This document shows positions 6,350 through 15,834 of a stretch of 35,835 nt of DNA, one piece after another (position 1 is the stretch's first letter; every line of letters begins with the position of its first letter). Below the pieces are notes generated by a model, which was not told where the DNA came from, searched no databases, and worked only from the letters and a program-made list of their open reading frames with translations. Position numbers and translations under genes: made by a program. Source of the stretch: a virus (lineage: Duplodnaviria; Caudoviricetes); the IMG/VR virus record IMGVR_UViG_3300046779_000237, positions 1 to 35,835 of that record. The stretch is one strand, 5' to 3'.

Positions 6350-8452
6350 ATGACCGAAATCGAACTAAAAGCAATAGTCCAAGCGGAAATCGACAACGCT
6401 ATTGGCTATATCGAGACGGAGACCACAGAGGCCCGCCGTAAGGCCATCATGTACTACAACCGTGATGCCTATGGCAACGAAGTAGAGGGACGCTCTACCA
6501 TCGTTACAGGCGAGGTTGCAGAGGCTGTAGACGGTGCGTTGCCTGCCCTGATGCGGGTGTTTACTCAGGGTGATGAGGTCGTTCAGTTTGAGCCTAATGG
6601 CCCTGGCGACGAAGAAAAGGCCAAGCAAGCAACGGAGTACTCGAACTGGGTGTTCTATAGGGATAACCCTGGTGTCTCCATCATGCACGACTGGTTCAAG
6701 GATGCCCTGCTCCAGAAGAACGGCATCATCAAGATTTACTGGAATGACGAAGAAGTAGTCAACACCGAGTCCTACATGGATCTGACAGAGGAAGAGTTAG
6801 CCCTCCTCCTTGCAGACGACCAGTATGAAATTGTAGAGCAGGAGCAGCGTCAGGTTGGCGAGGCACAAGTTCCTCCCACTCCAGAAGAGATGATGATGGC
6901 TCAACAGTCTGGCGTGCCTCCTATGCCCCAGACCGTGCCTGTCTTTGCCTACGACGTGAAGGTCAAGAAGAAGGAAAATAAGGGTCGGGTCAAGATTGAG
7001 AACGTACCGCCAGAGGAGTTCGTCATCTCCAAGAAGGGCCGGACTGTCTCTGACACCCCCTTCTGCGCCCACCGTAAGCTCGTGACCCGTTCCGAATTGA
7101 TCGCTATGGGCTTTGATGCAGACATCGTAGAAGACCTGCCCGCCAATACAGACCTGACCTTTACGCCAGAGCGCACGGCTCGATTCTCGCAGGGTGAACA
7201 GCCTAGCGACTACGAGACGATGGACAAGTCTATGCAAGAAGTAGAGGTCTTTGAGTGCTATATCCGCACCGATAAGGACGGAGACGGCATCGCTGAACTA
7301 CGCAAGGTTATCTACGCTGGCAACGAGATTCTGGACGACGAAGAGATTGACTACGTTCCGTTCTGCTCGGTCTGTCCGTTCCCGCTGCCACATAAGTTCT
7401 TTGGTCACTCAATGGCTGACCGGACGATGGATCTTCAGCTCATCAAGTCTACGATTACCCGCCAGATCCTTGATAACCTGTATCTGACGAACAACGCCCG
7501 TATCGCCGCTGTAGACGGCCAGGTGAACCTAGACGACCTGCTGACTGTCACACCTGGTGGGATAGTACGGGTCAAGAATCCTAACGCCCTGAACCCGATT
7601 ACGGTTCCTCCTGTGGCTGGCCAGTCCTTCCCGATGCTCCAGTACATGGACGGCATCCAAGAGAAGCGCACAGGCATTTCTTTGGCTTCTCAGGGGCTAG
7701 ATCCAAACATCCTGCAAAACACTACGGCCACGGCTGTTGCTGCTATGCAAAACGCTGGTGCGGCCAAGATTGAACTAATCGCCCGTATCTTTGCGGAGAC
7801 CGGTGTTCGGGATATGTTTAAGAAGATCCTGCACCTTCTGTGCAAGTATCAGGACAAGCCCCGTGTGATCCGGCTGCGGGGTAAGTATGTGGCTGTAGAC
7901 CCCCGTGAGTGGTCTAACCAGTACGATATTACTGTGAACGTAGGCTTGGGAACGGGTAATCGTCAGGAGCAAATGGCGATGCTGGCAATGGTTCTTCAGA
8001 AACAGGAGCAGATTCTTGGAACACAAGGAGTTAGTGGCCCATTGGTTGGCTTGGCACAATATCGATCCACGCTTGGCCGATTCATCGAAAGTGCTGGATT
8101 TAAGGACTCCTCGGAGTTCTTTAAAGAAGTTGGCCCCGAAGTTGAACAGCAGATGGCAGCGGCGGCGCAGCAACAACAACCCAACCCACAACTTCAAGCC
8201 GTCTTAGCCCAGGTGCAGGCACAGATTCAATCCGACCAAGCAAGGGCGCAGTCTGACATTCAGGTCGCCCAGGCTAAAGCCCAGGCAGACATCCAGTTGC
8301 AGAGAGAGAAAGCAGCCGCCCAGATTCAGTTGGAGCGTGAGAAGGCTCAAGCCCAACTAGAGTTGAAGGTTGCAGAGTTCCAAGCAGAGGCACAGATCAA
8401 AGCCGCTAAGGTTGGCGCAGAGATCACCTCTAATGTGCAGATCCCAGGATGA
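6350..8452 (+). CDS. Portal protein (P22-like, Q/A-rich C-terminal barrel)
   Basis: 700 aa after TerL; DALLQKNGIIK and ENVPPEEF motifs; C-terminal coiled coil. Confidence 0.9.
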   Translation: MTEIELKAIVQAEIDNAIGYIETETTEARRKAIMYYNRDAYGNEVEGRSTIVTGEVAEAVDGALPALMRVFTQGDEVVQFEPNGPGDEEKAKQATEYSNWVFYRDNPGVSIMHDWFKDALLQKNGIIKIYWNDEEVVNTESYMDLTEEELALLLADDQYEIVEQEQRQVGEAQVPPTPEEMMMAQQSGVPPMPQTVPVFAYDVKVKKKENKGRVKIENVPPEEFVISKKGRTVSDTPFCAHRKLVTRSELIAMGFDADIVEDLPANTDLTFTPERTARFSQGEQPSDYETMDKSMQEVEVFECYIRTDKDGDGIAELRKVIYAGNEILDDEEIDYVPFCSVCPFPLPHKFFGHSMADRTMDLQLIKSTITRQILDNLYLTNNARIAAVDGQVNLDDLLTVTPGGIVRVKNPNALNPITVPPVAGQSFPMLQYMDGIQEKRTGISLASQGLDPNILQNTTATAVAAMQNAGAAKIELIARIFAETGVRDMFKKILHLLCKYQDKPRVIRLRGKYVAVDPREWSNQYDITVNVGLGTGNRQEQMAMLAMVLQKQEQILGTQGVSGPLVGLAQYRSTLGRFIESAGFKDSSEFFKEVGPEVEQQMAAAAQQQQPNPQLQAVLAQVQAQIQSDQARAQSDIQVAQAKAQADIQLQREKAAAQIQLEREKAQAQLELKVAEFQAEAQIKAAKVGAEITSNVQIPG

Positions 8453-8691
8453 TTGATATACCCAACAAGCAGGAACAAGCCGAGCGTCTCCTTGCAGACG
8501 AGTTCTTCCTAGCCGTTGTAAAATTACAACAAGATGGGTATATTTCCCTTATTCTCAACAGTTCTGAGGATGACGTAGAGGTGCGGGAACGCTCTCTTGT
8601 CAAATACAGAGCAATTGAGGAGTTCGTTGCGTCAATCGAGTCGATGGCTAAACAGAAGGACATTGACAAGAAACGCTGGAAAATTTTGTAA
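8449..8691 (+). CDS. Small hypothetical protein in the head module
   Basis: Coupled to portal stop; lies between portal and scaffold. Confidence 0.7.
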   Translation: MIDIPNKQEQAERLLADEFFLAVVKLQQDGYISLILNSSEDDVEVRERSLVKYRAIEEFVASIESMAKQKDIDKKRWKIL

Positions 8692-8708
8692 CTTTGTAAG
8701 GAGTCACA

Positions 8709-9671
8709 ATGGACACCAACCCTAGTGGGAGTGCCAAAACCGTAGGTGAAGCAGCCAACGCCTTTCTAGGCTTGATGGGTGGTGAAGAGGAGGCGCAAGC
8801 CCAACCAGAAGCACCAGCCGAAGAGATCATTGACGAGGTTGTTGAGCAGACCGAAATCCAAGAGGAACTGGATGAGGAAACCGAAGAATACGAAGAGGAG
8901 CCTGAAGAGGAGCCGACCCCCACCTACCGAGTAAAGGTAGGCAAGGAGGAAGTCGACGTTCCGCTAGAAGAGTTGCTCAAAGGGTATTCACGGACTGCTG
9001 ACTACACCAAGAAGACCCAGGAACTGGCCGAAAACCGCAAGGCTGTAGAAGCGGAGAGGGCTAAGATCCAAGAGGCTTCACGACTCCGAGACCAGTATGC
9101 CGAGCGGTTGTCTGTCATTGAGCAGATGCTTAACCAGACCGAAAAGGCAGAAGATTTGTCCGTTCTGAAGGAAACCGACCCCATCGGCTATGCCGTGAAG
9201 GTTGCAGAACAGGCAGAACGAGAGAAACAACTGGCCGCCGTCCGTGCAGAACGACAGCGATTGGCCCAGCAGCAGCAGTCTGAGCAGAGCGAGAGGCTAC
9301 AAGCCCACCTTGCAAGCGAGGCAGCAAAGTTGCGTGATGCCATCCCTGAGATGTCTGACGAGATCAAAGGCGAGACAGTGAAGCGAGAAATTCGTGATTT
9401 CGCCAAATCTATTGGCTTTTCAGATCAAGAACTCGCTGCGGTGTACGACTCTCGTGCAGTCTTGACACTTTACAAGGCTATGCAGTACGACAAGCTGATG
9501 AAGGGCAAATCTGAGGCAACCAAGAAGGTTGTCCAGGCTCCGAAGATGCTTAAACCAGGGACTTCCACGCCAGAAGCGAGGGAGACCGAACAAGTTAAGA
9601 AGATGCGTCAGCAACTCCGCAAGTCGGGGAACAAGAACGACGCAGCTCGTCTATTTGAACGCTTTCTATAA
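8709..9671 (+). CDS. Capsid scaffolding protein
   Basis: Acidic N-terminus, VKVGKEEVDVPLEELLKGYSRTADYTKKTQ, coiled coil; precedes capsid gene. Confidence 0.85.
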   Translation: MDTNPSGSAKTVGEAANAFLGLMGGEEEAQAQPEAPAEEIIDEVVEQTEIQEELDEETEEYEEEPEEEPTPTYRVKVGKEEVDVPLEELLKGYSRTADYTKKTQELAENRKAVEAERAKIQEASRLRDQYAERLSVIEQMLNQTEKAEDLSVLKETDPIGYAVKVAEQAEREKQLAAVRAERQRLAQQQQSEQSERLQAHLASEAAKLRDAIPEMSDEIKGETVKREIRDFAKSIGFSDQELAAVYDSRAVLTLYKAMQYDKLMKGKSEATKKVVQAPKMLKPGTSTPEARETEQVKKMRQQLRKSGNKNDAARLFERFL

Positions 9672-9682
9672 AAGGAATCGAA

Positions 9683-10639
9683 ATGCCTACATATACCGCT
9701 TTTACCGCCACGGGCCTCCGTGAAGACCTCCAGGACGTCATTTATGACATCTCCCCCCAAGACACGCCCGTCATGTCGTCCATTGGCAAGACCAAGGCTG
9801 CTGCTGTTAACCACGAGTGGCTGAAGGATTCTCTGGCCGCTGCTACCACGGCTAACGCCGCTGTTGAAGGTGACGACGCTGTTGCCGCTACCCTGTCGCC
9901 CACGACTCGTGTTGGCAACTACACCCAGATCGTTTCCAAGACCGTTCAGGTTTCGGGTACTCTGGAAGCCGTCAACAAGGCTGGCCGTAAGTCTGAGAAG
10001 GCTTACCAGTTGGCTAAAGCCTCTGCTGAGATCAAGCGTGACATCGAGACCATCATCACGGCTAACCAAGCCAAGAACGCTGGTAACTTGTCTACCGCTC
10101 GTAAGATGGGTTCGCTCCTGTCCTACATCACCACGAACACCAACAAAGGCTCTGGCACGACCACCGCTGGCGTTGATCCTACTGGTGACGGCTCCAACAT
10201 CCGTACCGACGCTGACACGACCCGTACCTTTACTGAGACCATCCTCAAGGATGTCATTCAACAAGTGTTTACGGAAGGTGGCACGCCCTCGCTGTTGGTC
10301 GTTCCTCCCGCTCTGAAGCAGACTGTTTCCGGCTTTACCGGCATCAGCCAGCATCGCATCAATTCTCAGGCTTCCGGCCAGATCACCATCCTCGGTGGTG
10401 CTGACCTGTACCAGTCTGACTTTGGTGTGGTTCAGATTGTCCCGAACCGCTTTATGCGTACTCGTGACGCTCTGGTTCTGGATCCTGAGTACGCTGCTCT
10501 GGCTTACCTGCGTCCATTCCAGACCAATGATCTGGCTAAGACCGGTGACTCTGAGAAGACCCAGATCCTGGCCGAGCTGACCCTTGAGGTTCGCAACGAA
10601 GCCGCTCATGGCGGTGCTTTCGACCTGAAGCCTGCTTGA
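9683..10639 (+). CDS. Major capsid protein (DUF5309/SU10-like)
   Basis: GLREDLQDVIYDISPQDTP, NYTQIVSK, EIKRDIE, LAKTGDSEK...ELTLEVRNE; biased codon use; downstream terminator. Confidence 0.9.
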   Translation: MPTYTAFTATGLREDLQDVIYDISPQDTPVMSSIGKTKAAAVNHEWLKDSLAAATTANAAVEGDDAVAATLSPTTRVGNYTQIVSKTVQVSGTLEAVNKAGRKSEKAYQLAKASAEIKRDIETIITANQAKNAGNLSTARKMGSLLSYITTNTNKGSGTTTAGVDPTGDGSNIRTDADTTRTFTETILKDVIQQVFTEGGTPSLLVVPPALKQTVSGFTGISQHRINSQASGQITILGGADLYQSDFGVVQIVPNRFMRTRDALVLDPEYAALAYLRPFQTNDLAKTGDSEKTQILAELTLEVRNEAAHGGAFDLKPA

Positions 10640-10661
10640 TAGGGTTGTAAAACTGTAGTAG

Positions 10662-10692
10662 AGTGGGGGTGGGCAACTGCCCCCACTTTTTC
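10662..10692 (+). terminator. Rho-independent terminator after the capsid gene
   Basis: agtgggggtgg-gcaa-ctgcccccact hairpin followed by a T-run. Confidence 0.85.
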
Positions 10693-10704
10693 CATAGGGA
10701 ATAA

Positions 10705-11025
10705 ATGAAAAAGATAATCCGTAAGGATGCGGACACGGGAACCGTGCAAACCGCTCACTGGGATGGAGATGGCGGTCTAATCATTGAGACCACGCAAGAC
10801 ATTTCCGAGATCATCGAACAAAACAAGCGTGAATACGCAGCTACTGACCAGAACGCCAGATGGGGTGAATGGTCAAAGATAGGCTCCATTCCGCTGTCTG
10901 TCATACAAGACCTGAACCAACAAGGAATCCTACGAGGGTTTGCCGTCCTAGACCAGAAAAGGTTTAAGGAGTGGCTGAACAACCCCGATAACCGATTCTT
11001 TAGAACAAGGCCAGGGCGAGTATGA
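10705..11025 (+). CDS. Conserved phage hypothetical protein
   Basis: TQDISEIIEQNK...GSIP...WLNNPDNRFFRT pattern; follows capsid gene. Confidence 0.8.
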   Translation: MKKIIRKDADTGTVQTAHWDGDGGLIIETTQDISEIIEQNKREYAATDQNARWGEWSKIGSIPLSVIQDLNQQGILRGFAVLDQKRFKEWLNNPDNRFFRTRPGRV

Positions 11026-11711
11026 AAGTTGGTATTTGCATCCCCAGCCGAGGGGACATGGATGTCGGCACGGGTTTTGACCTAGCGATCATGTGTGCTT
11101 ATGACGCAAAGTATCGAGAGGGCGAATTAGCAGTTTATTCTGTGGCTGGAACCCTGATATTTGACCAGCGAGAGAAGTTGGTAGAACACGCCTTAGAGGG
11201 CGATTGTGACTACATTCTCTTTATTGACTCAGACATGAGGTTTCCAAAGAACACCTTAGACAGGCTTCTAAAGCACGACAAGCCTATCGTTGGGGTAAAC
11301 GCTACAACAAGGACTATCCCTGTTAAACCGACTGCCAAGCAGTTGGAGATAGACGTAGAGAAGAAGGAAAACCGGTGGCATCCGGTGATCTCTAAGGGTA
11401 AGACAGGAATAGAGCAGATTACGGCCATTGGCTGCGGTGTGATGTTGGTGAAGGCAGAGGTCTTCAAGAACACTCCTAAACCTTGGTTCTGGTTCTATCA
11501 GATCCCAGGCGGCAAGACTTTAGGCGAGGATGTTCACTTCTGCGTAGCCGCCGCTGATGCTGGTTTTGAGACATGGGTAGACCACGATCTGAGCCAAGAG
11601 ATTGGTCACGTTGGCCAGTACACATACGGCTGGAAGGATATTATTTTAGATGGCACTGACAATATACAGCGACCTCAAAACGAGCGTAGCAAACTATCTA
11701 GGAAGAAGTGA
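11022..11711 (+). CDS. GT-A fold (family 2-like) glycosyltransferase
   Basis: VGICIPS N-terminus, DxD motif in YILFIDSDM, GCGVMLVK, GEDVHFC, GHVG. Confidence 0.8.
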   Translation: MKVGICIPSRGDMDVGTGFDLAIMCAYDAKYREGELAVYSVAGTLIFDQREKLVEHALEGDCDYILFIDSDMRFPKNTLDRLLKHDKPIVGVNATTRTIPVKPTAKQLEIDVEKKENRWHPVISKGKTGIEQITAIGCGVMLVKAEVFKNTPKPWFWFYQIPGGKTLGEDVHFCVAAADAGFETWVDHDLSQEIGHVGQYTYGWKDIILDGTDNIQRPQNERSKLSRKK

Positions 11712-12270
11712 CCTTACGTCACAGATCCCTGATTTCATCTCGCTTGCTGAGATTCGCCTAAACCGCTCTGTGCGGATTCGGCAGATGCTGAAGACCGCTA
11801 CCGCTACGACTACAGGCGGTGACCCTACTGTTGGCCTTCCTAGTGACTTCCTAGAGATCCGTGACCTTCACATTACTGGGAACCCTCGGACTCCTCTGAC
11901 CTACTTGTCGCCATCTGCGTTCTCAAGGGATGCACGGGCTGACGAGTCTGGACGGCCTGTGTTTTATACGATGCGTGGCGCAGAGTTTGAGCTGGCTCCG
12001 GCCCCTGATTCTACTTACACGGTCTCGATGCTGTATTACGCAAAACCCACGGCTTTGAGTGACGCAAACACCTCAAACGTGTTCATGGCTAACTGTGCAG
12101 ATGCGCTGCTTTATGGTGCTTTGCTAGAGGCCGAGCCGTACCTGATGAACGATGCAAGGCTCCAGGTATGGTCTAGTCTGTATAACAACGCAGTGGCTTC
12201 TCTGAACGACTCGGACGATGCTTCTGAGTATTCTGGTGTACCCCTTCAAATGTCTGTGACTACGAGGTAA
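11650..12270 (+). CDS. Head-to-tail adaptor protein
   Basis: YSDLKTSVANYLGRSDL...IPDFISLAE...DALLYGALLEAEPYL; position in structural module. Confidence 0.75.
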   Translation: MALTIYSDLKTSVANYLGRSDLTSQIPDFISLAEIRLNRSVRIRQMLKTATATTTGGDPTVGLPSDFLEIRDLHITGNPRTPLTYLSPSAFSRDARADESGRPVFYTMRGAEFELAPAPDSTYTVSMLYYAKPTALSDANTSNVFMANCADALLYGALLEAEPYLMNDARLQVWSSLYNNAVASLNDSDDASEYSGVPLQMSVTTR

Positions 12271-12272
12271 CT

Positions 12273-12659
12273 ATGTCAGCACTATCTAACTATCTTGAGA
12301 ACGCCCTGATGAACGCAGTTCTCAACAACACTTCCTACACCTCTCCGACCACGACCTATGTCGGGCTGTTTACTTCAGACCCAACAGATGCTGGCTCTGG
12401 TACTGAGGTCTCTGGTAACTCTTATGCTCGTCAGTCTGCAAGTTTTAGCGCAGCCTCCCAGGGCAACTGCACCAACGATGCAGACATCACTTTCCCACAA
12501 GCCTCTGGTAGCTGGGGAACCGTTACCCACTTTGGCCTATATGATGCGGTTACCTCTGGGAACCTTTTGTTCCACGGTGCTTTGACTTCTTCTAAAGTTA
12601 TCGAGACTGGCGACATCTTCAAAATTGCCTCTAGCAATTTGAGTATCACCCTTGCTTAA
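12273..12659 (+). CDS. Small beta-rich tail/virion protein
   Basis: SNYLEN...GTEVSGNSYARQ...WGTVTHFGLYDA..GNLL pattern of virion proteins. Confidence 0.75.
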   Translation: MSALSNYLENALMNAVLNNTSYTSPTTTYVGLFTSDPTDAGSGTEVSGNSYARQSASFSAASQGNCTNDADITFPQASGSWGTVTHFGLYDAVTSGNLLFHGALTSSKVIETGDIFKIASSNLSITLA

Positions 12660-13627
12660 TGTATCTCACCCTAGAGCAGCTCGATTCATTTGGATCGCTT
12701 GATGACCTTCCATTTAGCCTAGATGCAAACTGGACGGAAGACGGGATTTGTGGGCCATACCCACTAGAGCTGCTTGATTCATTCGGGTCATTAGACTCAC
12801 TTGGTTTTAGCCTAGATGATGCAATATGGGAGTCCACGACAACCTGTATCTTCCTGGCTAACTCATCTGTTACGGGTGCTGGCGCAACATCAATTGCAGG
12901 GATAAGAGAAAGAATAGCGGCTTCTGACATTGTTGGTACGGGATCTGTAGAGATATCCGGCCAGAGGCAAAGAATTGGAGCTGCAAGTATTAACGGAACT
13001 GCTACGGTGTCCTTTGATGGATACCGGCAGAGATTCGGTGCTAGTTCTGTATCTGGTGCTGGATCGACATCGTTTGAGGCTTACAGAGTTAGATCCGCAG
13101 CCTCTAGCATTAACGGAATAGGGTCTGTAACGGCTTTAGGTAGCCTGACACTTAGCGGTGCTAGTTCGGTGTCTGCGGCAGGCTCTACGAGCATTTCTGG
13201 TGTCAGACAGAGGCTAGGTGCTTCTTCAGTAAGTGCGGCGGGTTCGGCAGAGTCCAACTCGCTAAGACTGAGAACTGGGGCTTCTAGCGTATCTGGTGCT
13301 GGTGCTATCAGTATTACTGCCTACGGGATATTTGGCGGCTTTGGCTCTGTTTCTGGTAGTGCAATTGCCCTATCTGACGCAGAGGTGTCTATTTCTTCCT
13401 CCGGTAGTGCGATTGGTAGTGCTACTGTAAGTGCGATTGGCTACATATACGGCGAGGAGTGGACGACCAGCGGTGTAGAGACAAACACCTGGTCAGATAT
13501 ATCAGCCGGTGATAATACTTGGACTACTCAGTCTGTAGACGTAAACACTTGGTCAGACGCTGCTATTGATAGCAATGCGTGGACACAACAAATAACTGGA
13601 AATAACGCATGGCAACTACAAGGATAA
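12659..13627 (+). CDS. Ser/Gly/Ala-rich repetitive tail-associated protein
   Basis: Two N-terminal LExLDSFGSLD repeats, ~20-aa GASSVSGAG repeats, C-terminal 10-aa Trp repeats. Confidence 0.7.
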   Translation: MYLTLEQLDSFGSLDDLPFSLDANWTEDGICGPYPLELLDSFGSLDSLGFSLDDAIWESTTTCIFLANSSVTGAGATSIAGIRERIAASDIVGTGSVEISGQRQRIGAASINGTATVSFDGYRQRFGASSVSGAGSTSFEAYRVRSAASSINGIGSVTALGSLTLSGASSVSAAGSTSISGVRQRLGASSVSAAGSAESNSLRLRTGASSVSGAGAISITAYGIFGGFGSVSGSAIALSDAEVSISSSGSAIGSATVSAIGYIYGEEWTTSGVETNTWSDISAGDNTWTTQSVDVNTWSDAAIDSNAWTQQITGNNAWQLQG

Positions 13628-15036
13628 CTTTCGGAGAGTGGCTACCCGACCAGCCAGGTCTGGTGGGTGCTTTGACGGTTGCTAAAAACGTGTTCCCCAA
13701 GGCTGTTGGTTACGGGCCGTTCCCAGCATCTGTAGAGTTTTCACAGGCTGCTTCCGAGGATCTGAACTCCGTAGTAGCCGCCCGTGATACAGATGGAAAT
13801 ACCAAAGTATTTGCAGGTGGGTCTACTAAGTTGTTCCTTCTGGACGCAGCAGACTTGTCTATGGATAACGTCTCTGGGACTACCTATAACTCAGAATACG
13901 TCTGGAAGTTCACCCAGTTCGGGAATAGTCTTATCGCCGCAAACGGAGCGCAAAAACTCCAGTATTACGACCTAACCACAACGGGAAATTTTGCCGACCT
14001 TGACGCAGGTGCGCCAACAGTAAAGCACGTTACCGTTGTTCGGGACTTTGTGGTCACAGGCTGGCAACCAAACAACAACAGTCGGGTGCAGTGGTCTGGC
14101 ATTAACGATCCTACGACCTGGAGTTCTTCTGCGGTTACTCAGTCTGACTATCAGGACATTCCTGATGGCGGGCAGATTCAAGGGATTACAGGTGGTGAGT
14201 TTGGCCTAGTTCTGCTTGAGCGATCAATTGTTCGCATGAGCTACATTGGATCTCCGCTTGTGTTCCAGTTTGACAACATCTCTCGGAACCTTGGGTGTTA
14301 CGAACCCAACTCTGTCATTCAATGGCAGGGTGTGACGTACTTCCTTGGAGACGACGGCTTCTATGCCTGTGACGGACAAAACGTCGTAGGTATCGGTGCT
14401 GAGAAGGTAGACCGGTTCTTCTTTAATGACGCAAACGAGGCCAGTTTCCCAGAGATGTCTACTGCGGTAGACCCTATCCGTAACCTCGTAATGTGGGGTT
14501 ACAGGAACGCCGGAGATATTTACAGACTTCTGGTCTACCATGTCAATACTAAGCGATGGGCTTTTGTTGACACCACGATTGACCGGCTAGGTTCTTACTC
14601 AACCCCTGCTATTACTTTAGAGGGTGTAGATACTTACTCTGCCTCAATTGACGCTTTGGACATCTCCTTAGACTCTCGGTTCTGGCAGGGCGGCAAACTA
14701 CAGTTGGGCGGCGTTACGGGAACCAAGATTGTGACCTTCTCTGGGTCTAATCTAACCGCTACCATTGAGACTGAGGACATCCAGTCTGGTGGCCAGAACG
14801 CAATGATTACCCTTGCCAAACCCCTAGTAGACAACGGGTCTGCAAGTGTTGCTGTGGCATCAAGGCTGGTTCTGAGCGCAACGCCTACCTTTGGCACGCA
14901 GACCTCACCTAGTTCAGAGAACAGGGTTGGCATTCGGGCTGTAGGCAAATATCACCGTCTCAGGGTTCAACCTACAGGAAACTGGACTACTGCGATTGGG
15001 GTGGACATCGAGATTCAACCTGCGGGCGGTCGGTAA
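13609..15036 (+). CDS. Tail nozzle / DNA stabilisation protein (P22 gp10-like)
   Basis: FGEWLPDQP N-terminus, VQWSGINDPTTW; beta-rich, 475 aa; position. Confidence 0.75.
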   Translation: MATTRITFGEWLPDQPGLVGALTVAKNVFPKAVGYGPFPASVEFSQAASEDLNSVVAARDTDGNTKVFAGGSTKLFLLDAADLSMDNVSGTTYNSEYVWKFTQFGNSLIAANGAQKLQYYDLTTTGNFADLDAGAPTVKHVTVVRDFVVTGWQPNNNSRVQWSGINDPTTWSSSAVTQSDYQDIPDGGQIQGITGGEFGLVLLERSIVRMSYIGSPLVFQFDNISRNLGCYEPNSVIQWQGVTYFLGDDGFYACDGQNVVGIGAEKVDRFFFNDANEASFPEMSTAVDPIRNLVMWGYRNAGDIYRLLVYHVNTKRWAFVDTTIDRLGSYSTPAITLEGVDTYSASIDALDISLDSRFWQGGKLQLGGVTGTKIVTFSGSNLTATIETEDIQSGGQNAMITLAKPLVDNGSASVAVASRLVLSATPTFGTQTSPSSENRVGIRAVGKYHRLRVQPTGNWTTAIGVDIEIQPAGGR

Positions 15037-15830
15037 TGTTTAGAGTTCTACCGCCATTCGGATCTGACCAGCGTGGTGTGGCCGAGGTCGTCAACGGGAT
15101 TATGAACGGCAAGACCAATAACACTGGTTCCGTTACCCTAGCGACTGGCGGTGCTACAACCACCACGATTACGGATGCTCGAATTGGTGTAGACAGCGTT
15201 ATCTTGTTAAGTCCGACAACTAACATATCTTCTACAAATTATTTCCCTTACGGGGCGTTTCAGGACTCAACAGACCAGTCAGCGGTTAGCACGACAACTG
15301 CCTATGCGGTGAAGTACAACACCACGGACTATGCAGAAGGCGTGACGCTAAGTAACAATAGTCGCTTAAATGTTACTTATTCTGGCTTGTATAACTTGCA
15401 GTTCTCGCTTCAGTTTGCGAACTCAGACGTACAGATTCAAGACGTAGATGTTTGGTTTAGGAAGAACGGGACTGACCTTCCTGGCTCTAATAGCAAGTTC
15501 TCAGTTCCTAATAGTCATGGTGGAACAAATGGCCATTTGATTGCGGCTTTGAACTATTTTCTTGCTATGGCCAAGAATGACTATGTAGAGATCATGTGGG
15601 CTACAACCAGTACTTCAGTAACGATTGAGCAACTCCCGACTCAAACAAGCCCGACTAGACCGGCTACCCCGTCTGCGATTGTGACGCTTGGTTACTTGTC
15701 GTCAAACGGCTACACAACCGATATTTTTGTGAATCCGTATATCAGTTCGGTAACGAATGGAAGTGCAGTAATTACACACCCTGCTAACTCTGTTGCAGGC
15801 AAAACCTTTGATTATGTCGTGATAGGATAA
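15036..15830 (+). CDS. Tail-associated virion protein
   Basis: Beta-rich, Thr/Ser-rich; TAATG coupling to nozzle gene. Confidence 0.65.
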   Translation: MFRVLPPFGSDQRGVAEVVNGIMNGKTNNTGSVTLATGGATTTTITDARIGVDSVILLSPTTNISSTNYFPYGAFQDSTDQSAVSTTTAYAVKYNTTDYAEGVTLSNNSRLNVTYSGLYNLQFSLQFANSDVQIQDVDVWFRKNGTDLPGSNSKFSVPNSHGGTNGHLIAALNYFLAMAKNDYVEIMWATTSTSVTIEQLPTQTSPTRPATPSAIVTLGYLSSNGYTTDIFVNPYISSVTNGSAVITHPANSVAGKTFDYVVIG

Positions 15831-15834
15831 CAAT

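Noticed and set aside
9608-10609. 333-aa antisense ORF over the capsid gene
   Set aside because: Explained by strong codon bias on the sense strand; no recognisable motifs
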